Shown: piece by piece, positions 21,736-33,133 of the stretch | How the letters are laid out: each line of letters opens with the position of its first letter | How positions within the stretch are numbered: the first letter of the stretch is position 1 | NCBI GenBank assembly: GCA_012862495.1 | Contig: BLSG01000001.1 | Span: forward strand, 213,909-259,546 | Source: Thraustochytrium aureum | Lineage: Eukaryota | DNA length: 45,638 bases | Reading direction: 5' to 3' | Translations under genes and position numbers: made by a program | Notes under the pieces: generated by a model | Seen by the model: only the letters and a program-made list of their open reading frames with translations | Databases searched by the model: none | What the model was told of the DNA's origin: nothing

Positions 21736-24729
21736 ATGGGACACGAGTCGCTCTCCGTGGTGGGGCCGCCCTCCAAAGAGCTTCGCAAGCGGTGCGACCG
21801 GGAGAGCAACTCGAGATGGTACGCTATGTCCAGAGCGAAGCGCGTGACTGTCGCTGCCATCGCAGGGTTCGTGGCCGTGGCCGCTATTACTGGCGTCGCA
21901 GTGTCGGTGAGCATGTCGAACGACGCGGGGCCCGTGGCCTCGAGGTCGGCAGAGCGGCTGCCTTTGAGCGTGTGGAACAACTTTGACCGGCTCTACCCTC
22001 AGGTGCACCAGTTGGCTCCGCCCGGAAGTGCAGAGGTATTTGGCAAGGTCCAGGACAACTACTACCATTTCAAGCTCGTCCCGCCGCCGGGCACTCAACT
22101 CAGGGACTCGGTCATCTGGCTCAACCTGGACCAGAGCCGCAACACAACGATTGAGGTTGAGGAGTACTACATGCCCAATGGCACCGACGCGTTCGTTTTC
22201 ATCAGCATGCTACAGGGCGGGGGCGTTAACGAGGTGCAACCGCCGTCCGTCGAGCGAGGCTGTCCCCCAGAAGGCCCCAATGCGTGCCGGAATGGGATTT
22301 TCACCGTCCCCATCTCGGACACAAGCATGAACGGCGAGGCGCTCGAGATCCGGATCAGCATCGCCGAGCTGGAGGACAAGCTCTCCTTGACGGGGCTCTC
22401 CGATGTTGGTGTAAGCGCTCGGATCCAGTACACCTCGGGCAGTGATGCTATACCGCAGTTCTATCAGGACTGGATGCCCCTCTACGCGGGCATCTCGGAG
22501 ATGCCAGAGTGCGCGAACGGGGACGAGGTGCGCGCCGCCGTGATCTTCAGCGAGGACGCGCAGAACAACTTTTTCGACAAGAAGAGCTACGCGCAGCTCT
22601 TCATGTCGATGCAGTCCCAGCTATTCCAGGCCGGCATCCCGCACGACCGCCTCACCTTCGAAAACCTCCTCAACATCTCCATCGTCTGTAAGTACGACCT
22701 GTTGGTCATTCCGTACATGTCATTCGTGGACGAGGACAGGTGGCCAGAGCTGCGGCGAGCGCTCTTCTTTGCCGTGCACTACTATGGCGTTGGCATCATC
22801 GCCGCGAACGACTTTGCCACCAATCGCGCCGACGACGGCAGGGCGATAGGCGGAGATCCATACCACCTGCAAGAGAGCATCTTGGGCTTGGGCGATGCCT
22901 CGCCGGTGGCAGCAAAGGTCCTTTCCGTGGAGGTTCGGGTGAACAACCCAGAGCAGAGCTCCATTTTCGCAGGGATACCGGAGAGCACCCTCCTCGTGGA
23001 CCAGACCGTGCTCGGCGGGTTTGTGAGCATGTACGAAGCCGGCGTAAACACCACGTTTGAGGTCAACGCGCTCGCTGTCCAGCGCCTCCAGTTCCCCAAC
23101 GAGACCGACTACAGGTGGTACAACGCTATCCTGAGTTCGCGCCTGCCCACAGAGCGCAACCCCTTCAACCGCCGCAGCGGCCTGATCGTGCACTTTTCAA
23201 CAATTGAAGTCATGGCCAACCTCGATTTGGTGTGGCGCGCTGCGCGCTGGATCGTCAGCGGATCCACCACCGTGGACCGATCGTTCGGGCTGGTCCTTGG
23301 GCGCCAGTCGAGCTTGTTTTTCATGCGGAACGACTGTGACCAGACCATGTATTTCGAGGAGGCGCACATCCTCGAGCCGGCGTACACGAAGATCTTGGAG
23401 GAATGGTACAACGAGTTCAACTTTGTCGGCGCGCACTACGTCAACGTCGGCGACGACGAATCAGACGGGCGTTCCACGTTCTGGGACATATCCAAGAGTA
23501 TCGCTTATGACATTTGGCTCAGCTATGAGAGCGAGATTGGTTCGCACAGCCTGAACCACCCTCACAACATCAACAACCTGACCAACGCAGAGCTCGACTA
23601 CGAGTTTGGCGTGGCGCAGAACTACATTCTCGGAAACATGACGACGTCGCCGAACGGGCCCACTCGCATTGGGACCGCACAGCCGGGCGCCACTGAGAAT
23701 CTCGACACCTACTATTACGTCGCCCAGTTCTTCGAGACCACCTATTGGAGTGGAGGCTACAGCGGCGTCGGCGCGGGCTACCCGAACGCGTTCGGCTTTG
23801 CNNNNNNNNNNNNNNNNNNNNNNNNNNNNNNNNNNNNNNNNNNNNNNNNNNNNNNNNNNNNNNNNNNNNNNNNNNNNNNNNNNNNNNNNNNNNNNNNNNN
23901 NNNNNNNNNNNNNNNNNNNNNNNNNNNNNNNNNNNNNNNNNNNNNNNNNNNNNNNNNNNNNNNNNNNNNNNNNNNNNNNNNNNNNNNNNNNNNNNNNNNN
24001 NNNNNNNNNNNNNNNNNNNNNNNNNNNNNNNNNNNNNNNNNNNNNNNNNNNNNNNNNNNNNNNNNNNNNNNNNNNNNNNNNNNNCAACGACTTTGGCAAG
24101 CTCTCCCCAGAAGAGGCGCTCGAGTTCTGGAAAAGCGAGTTTGCAGTCCTCACTGGGCCACTCTCCAACATGCCAATGATTCACTGGCCAATCCACGACT
24201 ACGCGCCAACCGACTGGAATGGCACAACGCTCAAGATCTACGATGGCGGGATGTATACACGAGAGCAGTTTGACGAAGTGATCCGCCTCGCACACACCAG
24301 CGACACGGAATTCATCACGCCCATGCAGTTCTCCGACCGCGTTCGCACCTTCGACAAGGCCACGCTTGTCGTGACCCAAGCCGAACCAAATGTCTACTCG
24401 GTCACCGTGCCGGAGGTTGAGGGTCGCTCGTTTGGGTCCATGGCAATCCAGCTGCAAGACGCAAACATCGGCGACTTTGTCATCGCCTCTGTCGACGACT
24501 GGCCCGCGTACTCGGAGACCAAGGTCTTCCTGCCGCGCGCGGGCGGCACGTTCACTGTGCGCACGGCTCCTTCGTTGCCTGCCCCTGAGGACGTGCAAGT
24601 GCACATTTCCAAGATCGACATGCGGATGGAGCTCATCAATGCCACCCGAAACGGATCCGGAATCGAGTTTTCTCTCTTTGGCCGCGGGAACGTGACTGTG
24701 CAGCTCTTTCCAGATTTTGCGGCGAAGCA
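21736..24729 (+). CDS. Large signal-anchored surface/secreted protein with a polysaccharide-deacetylase (NodB/CE4)-like domain; internal gap, 3' end in gap
   Basis: Hydrophobic anchor VTVAAIAGFVAVAAITGVAVSVSM, many N-x-S/T sequons, FFMRNDCD, EIGSHSLNHPH, post-gap MIHWPIHDY. Long open frame with coding-like codon use. Confidence 0.78.
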
Positions 24730-25410
24730 NNNNNNNNNNNNNNNNNNNNNNNNNNNNNNNNNNNNNNNNNNNNNNNNNNNNNNNNNNNNNNNNNNNNNNN
24801 NNNNNNNNNNNNNNNNNNNNNNNNNNNNNNNNNNNNNNNNNNNNNNNNNNNNNNNNNNNNNNNNNNNNNNNNNNNNNNNNNNNNNNNNNNNNNNNNNNNN
24901 NNNNNNNNNNNNNNNNNNNNNNNNNNNNNNNNNNNNNNNNNNNNNNNNNNNNNNNNNNNNNNNNNNNNNNNNNNNNNNNNNNNNNNNNNNNNNNNNNNNN
25001 NNNNNNNNNNNNNNNNNNNNNNNNNNNNNNNNNNNNNNNNNNNNNNNNNNNNNNNNNNNNNNNNNNNNNNNNNNNNNNNNNNNNNNNNNNNNNNNNNNNN
25101 NNNNNNNNNNNNNNNNNNNNNNNNNNNNNNNNNNNNNNNNNNNNNNNNNNNNNNNNNNNNNNNNNNNNNNNNNNNNNNNNNNNNNNNNNNNNNNNNNNNN
25201 NNNNNNNNNNNNNNNNNNNNNNNNNNNNNNNNNNNNNNNNNNNNNNNNNNNNNNNNNNNNNNNNNNNNNNNNNNNNNNNNNNNNNNNNNNNNNNNNNNNN
25301 NNNNNNNNNNNNNNNNNNNNNNNNNNNNNNNNNNNNNNNNNNNNNNNNNNNNNNNNNNNNNNNNNNNNNNNNNNNNNNNNNNNNNNNNNNNNNNNNNNNN
25401 NNNNNNNNNN

Positions 25411-25479
25411 TGGGATTCGCAAGGAGCGAGCGCGCATCGATGGGATTCGCAAGGAGCGAGCGCGCATCAATGGGATTCT
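25411..25479. repeat. 30-bp tandem repeat at gap edge
   Basis: tgggattcgcaaggagcgagcgcgcatc(g/a)a twice plus a partial copy. Confidence 0.85.
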
Positions 25480-26188
25480 CAACTCCGCACGCGATGCCGC
25501 TCGCTGCCCTGCGAACTTCGATCGCTGATATTTCTTTTGCGGGATGATGTTGCCGCGGTCGTTCGATCACTAATTTCTTTTGCCTGTTGTTCAACTTCGC
25601 CCCTCCTCCTTCGAAGTCCTTGCAGCACAGCAGAGCGCGAAGCGCCTCGTCGTCGACGGTGAAGAACGAACATGAACATTCGAATGGCAGGTGCCGATCG
25701 CGCCGCCGCGACAGATGCTGCTCTGGTCGGGATCCGCGCTGGCGCACGAACGAAAAAAAAGTCGTTCGAGAGCGCAATCGTTGAACAAAGATCGCTTGTG
25801 GGACGCACCGCGACGGTCTCCCCTCTCCGATACCATTGTGGCAATCACGCCAGAGCGGCGTCTACTCTTGCGTTCACTGTGGAAACCGCGTCTCTCCTCG
25901 CGAAGCAGTGCGGGTTCCCTATAGCAAGTCTTTTTCAGCGAAACCCGAAGCTAGAGGGGACCCGCTTGCACGAAACGGTCGGATTGGAGTACACACCGAG
26001 CAAGCAAGCAAGCAAAGCAAGCNNNNNNNNNNNNNNNNNNNNNNNNNNNNNNNNNNNNNNNNNNNNNNNNNNNNNNNNNNNNNNNNNNNNNNNNNNNNNN
26101 NNNNNNNNNNNNNNNNNNNNNNNNNNNNNNNNNNNNNNNNNNNNNNNNNNNNNNNGTCGACCGAGACGCAAGCGTGCGTTTCGAGCGG

Positions 26189-26317
26189 CGCCAGCAGACA
26201 CCCAACGCCCGCGAGCAGGCCTCGCTCCAGTCGCCAGCAGACACCCAACGCCCGCGAGCAGGCCTCGCTCCAGTCGCCAGCAGACACCCACCGCCCGCGA
26301 GCAGGCCTCGCTCCAGT
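26189..26317. repeat. 43-bp minisatellite, 3 copies
   Basis: cgccagcagacaccca(a/c)cgcccgcgagcaggcctcgctccagt at 26189, 26232 and 26275. Confidence 0.92.
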
Positions 26318-26535
26318 CGGCAGCACCGCCAGCTGGAGGTTGCAAGAGCAGGAGCGGCGCGGCGCGTTCGAGCGACCCGTGCGCCCAGCTCGCCTGGAGG
26401 CGGGGACTCGGGGTACGGCCCGGCCTTGGTCGTCGATCCGATCCCCGCGGGAAGCGGCAGGAGAGGATCAAGGCGGACGCGAGCTGAGCTGAGCTGAGCT
26501 GAGCAGGGTGGGACGGCTCACGCTGTGCTGGCAAG

Positions 26536-28017
26536 ATGGTGGAAGTGCTCGGGCAGAACCTGGCACTGCTTCCGCTGCTGCGCGCCGCGTTCGCCGTGCA
26601 CCTGGTGCGCGCCGCGACGAGGGACAAGAAGCAGGCCGCGGTGGAGGTTGGCGCGCTCGGGGCGCTGCTAGCGGGACTCAGCCTCATGCAAGGCGGACCG
26701 AGGCACAACCTCATCAACACGATCCTCGGCACGACGTGGCGCGAGCGGGCCCACGTGACCGGATACGTGGCCCCCGGGTTTGAGGGCGTCAAGGAGGCCT
26801 TCCTGAACAACGTGCGCGCCGGGTTTGAGGTGGGCGCCCAGTTCGTCGTGTACCACCGCGGCGTCAAGGTGGTCGACCTCTGCGGCGGCACGCTGCCGGA
26901 GAGCGAGTACAACGAGAACACGCTTCAGCTCTGCTTCAGCTCCTCCAAGGTCCTCGCCGCCATCGTCGTCGCCATGTGCGTCGACCGCGGCCTGATCGAC
27001 TATGCTGCCCCAGTCGCACAGTACTGGCCCGAGTTTGCCCAGAACGGCAAGGCCGACATCACCGTCGCCGAGGTGCTGCGCCATCAAAGCGGCCTTGCCT
27101 ACTTTCGCGAAAAGCTACCGGTGCACATGGCCGGCCGCGACCGCATGGACGAGCTCGCCGAATTCATCGCCAGCGAGCCCCCAATCTGGGAATACGGCGA
27201 CCTCGAGCCGGCAGCCCGTCTGTACCACGGCACGACGCGCGGGTTCATCCTGAATGAGATCGTGCGACGCGTCGACCCGCAAGGACGCACCATCGGCCAG
27301 GTGATCAAGGACGAGTTTGCTGACGCGCGAGGGCTCAATGTCCACCTCGGACCGACCAGGTCGGAGCAGGAGAAGCTGCTCACGCGCAAACTCGAGTTTG
27401 ATGCTTTCCACCACACCGCAGCCAAGAGCGTGTGGGCAACTCTGACCGGAACAGCGAGCCGCGACGATCTCCCGAGGGCGCGCGCGTTTTTCACCAAAGG
27501 CTCGCACGTAGAGCGATGGATGAACTGCATCTCCTACGACGAGGTGCCCTACACACCGGACAACTTTTTCAACCACGACCACTTTTGCAACGAGCTGGAG
27601 ATCCCCAGTGTCAACATGGTCTCGAATGCGCGCTCCCTCGCCGCGGTGGCCGACCTCATGTCTCGCGGCGAGCTCCTCTCCCCAGAGACACAAGCCAAAG
27701 CCCACGACGGCGAGATCGAGGAGTTTGACCACGGCATTCTCTTGAAGACGCGCTTCAACCAAGGAGGCTGGAACAAGTACCAAGGTCGCCAGTGGGACCA
27801 GTCTGTGCAAGGCTTTGTGGGCTGGGGCGGCTTTGGCGGCTCGCAGGTGGCCTGGCACCCAGAGCAGCAGACCGGCATTGCGTACACGATTAGCGGCCCC
27901 CAGTTCTCGTCCATTTTCGGCTTTCGCGACCCGCGGTGCCTCAACCTGATGCGCGCGCTGGCTGTCAGCATCCGCCGCGCCGAGCGTGACTCAGCCAAGC
28001 CGGTGGCCAAGCTTTGA
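26536..28017 (+). CDS. Serine beta-lactamase-family hydrolase (class C/EstB-like)
   Basis: GAQFVVYHRGVKVVDLCGG, SxxK motif FSSSK, YWPEFAQNGKADITV..VLRHQSGL, LYHG.TRG, GWGGFGGS. Confidence 0.92.
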   Translation: MVEVLGQNLALLPLLRAAFAVHLVRAATRDKKQAAVEVGALGALLAGLSLMQGGPRHNLINTILGTTWRERAHVTGYVAPGFEGVKEAFLNNVRAGFEVGAQFVVYHRGVKVVDLCGGTLPESEYNENTLQLCFSSSKVLAAIVVAMCVDRGLIDYAAPVAQYWPEFAQNGKADITVAEVLRHQSGLAYFREKLPVHMAGRDRMDELAEFIASEPPIWEYGDLEPAARLYHGTTRGFILNEIVRRVDPQGRTIGQVIKDEFADARGLNVHLGPTRSEQEKLLTRKLEFDAFHHTAAKSVWATLTGTASRDDLPRARAFFTKGSHVERWMNCISYDEVPYTPDNFFNHDHFCNELEIPSVNMVSNARSLAAVADLMSRGELLSPETQAKAHDGEIEEFDHGILLKTRFNQGGWNKYQGRQWDQSVQGFVGWGGFGGSQVAWHPEQQTGIAYTISGPQFSSIFGFRDPRCLNLMRALAVSIRRAERDSAKPVAKL

Positions 28018-28664
28018 ATGCCCCAAACGAGGGCCGCTTCCTCGGGAGGCAGGCCAGCAGGCCTTTGCGGCCTGCCTTTTAATTTAAAAGCTGGTGCCCG
28101 TTTCGTCCAACGGGCCCAGTCAAGACGACGAAACTATCTATCTTCTCTCCCTGATCAGCAAGCGAGGCATCGCCGCATGCGGCGCTTCTTGGCCCGATAT
28201 GGAGGGATGTGGCTCGGTCTTGAGCGCGTCCCGGGCTGGGCGGTGGCCGCAGTCGTAGGAGCCGGGCCGTGGCGTGACGAACTCATGATGATATTGATAG
28301 AATTTTCTCTGTGTAAGGCTCGAGGTGGAGCGCGTCCTGGGGCTGGGAGCTCACGTGGGATCACAGCAGCCGGCAGGCGCGCTATTTATGTGGAATGTTT
28401 AGGTGGGCTGCAGCTGCGGCACAGTGGAGGCGGACTCGACCAGTTCGGGAACGCAAAAGGGCAGCGGCGCGCGAGTGCTAGTATATCTCCGGTTCATGGG
28501 GCTCCGCTCATGCAAACCAATACTTCATCGCGCACCGTACAAGCACTTGCACGAGTCCCGAACCCGCCTGCGCGCCTCCACTGGGTAGCTGAAGCGCGAG
28601 CCAACACGCTGGTGCGCGCTTGCGCGCTCAATGGCCCCAGCAAGCCATCGCGAGTGACTCTCGG

Positions 28665-31590
28665 CTAGAGCCTGTCAGCAAAGTCGCCGGCCTTGGGGAG
28701 CTCCTCCGGCAGCTTGGCCTGCGCCCGAAGCTGGCGCGTCAAGACGGCAGCGTCGCTCGCCTCGTCCGCATCAAGCGAGCACTCAAGTCGCGCCCACCCG
28801 GCCGGGGCCAGGGTCAGCGCGGCGCGGCCGCCGCTCTGCGCGTGGAGATTGCTCGTGACGCCAAAGGACTGGCGCATCGACAGCGAGACGTCCACGTCAG
28901 TAGCCTGGTCCCCAGTGTCGACCACGGAAAGGACCTTGGCGCCCTTGTCGCGAAGCCCCGAGAGAATGGCCGTCACCGCTGTCGAAGGCGTCCGGATCGC
29001 CAACGAGAGCTCCGGCTCACAAAGGCATGGCGACGCAGCAAGCAGAGCAGCTGACATCGCTCGCGTCCCCATCGGCACGACCTGCTGGGGCCCGCGATGC
29101 GGCCCGTCGTTGTGGGCCTTGGCGTCCGTGATGTCGAAACGCACAGCTCGCAGAGGCTGGCCGGCCAATGGGCCTCGAGCGCAGATCTGCTCGAACGCTT
29201 CCACCAGGCCCTGCCGCAGGTTGCCAATGTTTTGGCACCCTGTCGTGCAGTTGACCAGGAAGCAGGTCATCGGCTCGTCAGCCCCAGAGGCTGCGGCCAA
29301 GGGGCCCATGGCCCAGACGCGCCGAGCATGCTCCTTGTCCCAACCATGGCGCACGAGGACGCGGGCGAGCTCTGCATCGCGCAGGCCGCGCGACGGGCCT
29401 TGCTCCAGTGCAGACACAAGGTCGGCGCCCACCGGCGAGGCTGTCACCCAGACGCGGTTGTGCTTGTTGCTCGACTTGGCGAGCTGCGGCTTGGTCGAGT
29501 GCCCCGCGCATGTTTCGCGAAATGCGACTCGGGGCTCTGACATGCAGAGCTCCTCAACGCCGGTCAATTCGCGCAGGCTAGAGAGCACCACCTCAAGATG
29601 GAGCTCGCCTGCAGCGGACACGACAAGTTCGCGGGTCTCGGGGTCAACCGCGAACCGGGCGCACGGGTCGAGCCGCGCAAAGAGCCTCGTGGCCTCAACT
29701 AAACGCCGCTGCACCTTGGCGCGGTCGCCGCTGGCCTTGGCGCGCGCCGAGCTAGGCAGACTCACGGCAGCCGTCACGACGGGCTCGCCGCCCATGCAGG
29801 GCTTGAACGGGTCCGTCGTGCCGAGAAGCGCAAGGCCCTCGCCTGCCGCCGCGAGCACAAAGGAGCTGGACGCCACAACTGCCCCGGCCTGGCCGTCCAG
29901 GACGCCACAAACGACGCAAAGGTCGCCTGCGACTGCCTCTGGTAGAGACCGGGTGCGCTTGGCGCCCTCGAGCACGACGAGCTTTGTCACCTTGGCGATC
30001 GAGGCCGCCTGATCCGTCGACCTTGGCTCGACGCGGTAGACGACATCGACGGCGTCACCAGAGCGCAGCACGCCGCTCAGGATGCGCGCAACGAAACCAA
30101 CCGAGACCGAGCTTACCGTGCCTGCGCGCGAGCCGCCAGGAAGCAAGGTGGCCTTTACGACCTGCGCGACCAGCGGACCGCCCGCTCTGCAGCTGGCGAC
30201 CGCCTGCAACAGGCTCGACACGGCGGCTTCGCCCGGGTGGGCAAGGAACGCGCCAGTGCGTGCCGTCTGTGCGGCAGCTGGACTGGGCAGACAAACCGCA
30301 AACTGCCGCAAAAAGAGCCCCTGTGATGGGCAACAGGAGTCGCACGGCCTCGCGGAGCGCTTCCTTGGGACCCAGTTCCCCAAACCGAGCGGCAGGCTTG
30401 CCAAAGGCCAGCTCGGGGACACAGAGGCCGCGCATGTGCGCGGTCAGGCGATCCCAGCGCGCGTTCGCGGCCGACCTGTGGACCTTGTTGAGCGCATTGA
30501 GGCCCCGGCGATGACCTTGTCGAGCCCTGCCGGCGAACGCGAAGCCGCTTGCCAGAGACGCGCGGCGACGCTGGGGTCGCCGCAAGCTTGCAGCTTGACC
30601 ATGTCACTCAGCGCGGCGCCCCAGCCAAAGTAGCCAGAGCCCAGCACGACCGAGCCGTCCAGGAGCGAGACAGAGCAGTCGCGCTCCCCTTCCTCAAAGA
30701 AGCGGTTTTGCGCGCGTTGAATGATGCGGTTGACGTCGTCAACCACAGCGCGAATCCGGTCGACAATGTCCTCGGCGCTCATGTTGAGCTCCAAGAAGAA
30801 CCGATCCATCTTGTTGAGGAGCAAGACAGGCCGCACGCGCTGCTCGATGGCGGCAGTCAAGACGGCCTCTGTCTGGATTCTCACGCCCTCGCTGGCATCT
30901 ACAACCAGGAGGCACCCGTCTGCGACGCGCAGAGAGCAGTGCACCTCGGCGATCAGGTCGGCGTGTCCAGGGCAGTCGATCAAGTTGACGCGAAGGGCAG
31001 CTTTGGCGGGCCCCGTCTCCTTGCGCGGTGAGACTTGTATGTCACGGCCGCGCACTTGCACGGAGGCCTCGTTGCCGCAATCGTCGCCCACCACGCTCGC
31101 GTACGCGTACCCGCGTTTGGCGTGCATCTCTACCCATTCAACCTGCCGAGTGCCGCGCGCAGAGAGCGCGGAAACCACCTCCGCCTCTGTCGCGTCGAAC
31201 GGCAGGTTGCTCAGGTGCACCTGTCCCTCCTGCACGCCGCGCGCTTGGTCGAGCTGGTACTCGAGCGAGACAGCCGTCGCCGAGATCGTAATGCCCCTCT
31301 TTTGCTCCTCCTTGCTCGAGTCAAGTGCCCGCGCCTGGCCCGCGGCCGACTCCTTGAGCGACCCGCTGCTCTGCAGCAGAAAGTCGCTCACCGAGGTCTT
31401 GCCATGGTCAACGTGCGCGATCACCGCCACGTTGCGTCGCACCAGCGCCTGGGCGCCGTTCGCAGCCCGCCCTTCCTTCGCGGCGGTTTCGTACTCGCTC
31501 TCAGCGAAACCGGTACCGCCCGAGCGAATCAATCGCTCGGGCCAGGGCCAGCGCCTCGTGGGCCGGCGGCTCGTTCACCGACTTGTCCAT
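28665..31590 (-). CDS. Divergent eEF2-family translational GTPase with RRM-like insertion (three apparent frameshifts)
   Basis: G1 RNVAVIAHVDHGKTS, G2 RGITI, G3 LIDCPGH, G4 NKMD, GSGYFGW, LPSP..AQ, AGELHLE, P.VAFRET, KSSNKHNR, ARRVWAMGP, HNDGPHRGPQQVVP, C-terminus GDFADRL. Frames join at ~31520, ~30502 and ~30294. Confidence 0.9.
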
Positions 31591-31852
31591 TCTCGTCTTC
31601 AAACGCGCCCTGGCGCACGTAGTACCAGGCAGCCCAAGTAGAGTATCGTGTCGTATCGTTCTGTCCGCGATGATCGATGATGCGCGCTCGATCTGATCTC
31701 GAGCGTTGCGCGTCTGCCGAACACAAGCAACCGCCATCCGCCACAGCTCGACGTTGGCTCGACGCATTCGTTCCACCCTGCATCGTTCCGGCAACCACGC
31801 CTCTGACGATGCCACCGCGTTCCAGCAACAGGTCCTCGACCTCCGCGCTGTG

Positions 31853-31910
31853 CACGAGGGTCCACGAGGGTCCACGAGGGTCCACGAGGGTCCGCGAGGG
31901 TCCGCGAGGG
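31853..31910. repeat. 10-bp tandem repeat (c[a/g]cgagggtc)x~6
   Basis: Seen directly. Confidence 0.9.
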
Positions 31911-33133
31911 GTGCGAGGATGCGGACTGGCAGTGGCCCGCTTGGCTTGTGGCTGGGAGAAGCTCGGGACACTTTCAAGAGGGTTGGTCGGTTCATCGACT
32001 TGCTGGTCGACCTCTCCTGCGCGCCTCGGGTGGACGCGAACGCGCGCGCGCAGCTCCCTACCTATGCCGGCTCTCGGCTCCCGAGCCTGATGGCTGCGAT
32101 GGGCGCGCCGACTCGGAGCCGGTGTTCGGTTGAGAATGAGTACATAGCAGTTCGGCGAGTGTTCCACGGGCTCGTGGCGGCGCACAGGGCGTGCCGTGGA
32201 GAGCGCGCCGGACAGCCAACGACGGGGAAGCGACGGCCTGTGCGCGTGTACTCTACCGGTAGCTGTGGCTGGGTTCTACTGCAGGTCGTCTTTCAAGTTG
32301 GTCGGAGGCTGGGGTGTTTTTGGTCAGATGATGGCAGAGCGCGCAGCCCCTCCTCTCTTCCCATTGATTCCATGCGCGTCTGGCACGCTGCTGTCTCGCC
32401 CGGGCTCGGCCCGGACTCTGCCGCAAGGCACGCAGGCGCGTAGCGCAGTCTAATCGCATTCAGCGTGCGTGAAGCACGGCGAACACACCCCGCGCGCGTC
32501 CGGTGGTGCTCTTCCCACCGCGGTGCGCGTGGCAGCAAGTAGGTAGCGAGCGCCTCGGGGCTCGGCAGTCGGGGCGGCCGAGCGGGACCGCGCTCTCCTT
32601 GCCAGGCCAGCAACTTCGACGAGCACCAGCAACGCGCAAGTCATCGCGCAGCGCGCGAGTTCCACCGCCCGCGCCAGCCACCACGGCAGCAAGACAAGCA
32701 ACCATCCAACTGCCAGCAAGGANNNNNNNNNNNNNNNNNNNNNNNNNNNNNNNNNNNNNNNNNNNNNNNNNNNNNNNNNNNNNNNNNNNNNNNNNNNNNN
32801 NNNNNNNNNNNNNNNNNNNNNNNNNNNNNNNNNNNNNNNNNNNNNNNNNNNNNNNNNNNNNNNNNNNNNNNNNNNNNNNNNNNNNNNNNNNNNNNNNNNN
32901 NNNNNNNNNNNNNNNNNNNNNNNNNNNNNNNNNNNNNNNNNNNNNNNNNNNNNNNNNNNNNNNNNNNNNNNNNNNNNNNNNNNNNNNNNNNNNNNNNNNN
33001 NNNNNNNNNNNNNNNNNNNNNNNNNNNNNNNNNNNNNNNNNNNNNNNNNNNNNNNNNNNNNNNNNNNNNNNNNNNNNNNNNNNNNNNNNNNNNNNNNNNN
33101 NNNNNNNNNNNNNNNNNNNNNNNNNNNNNNNNN

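Noticed and set aside
26189..26317. CRISPR-like 43-bp repeats
   Set aside because: Head-to-tail with no spacers, so a minisatellite.
26536..28017. Antibiotic-resistance beta-lactamase
   Set aside because: Motifs fit the widespread esterase-like serine hydrolase branch also common in eukaryotes.
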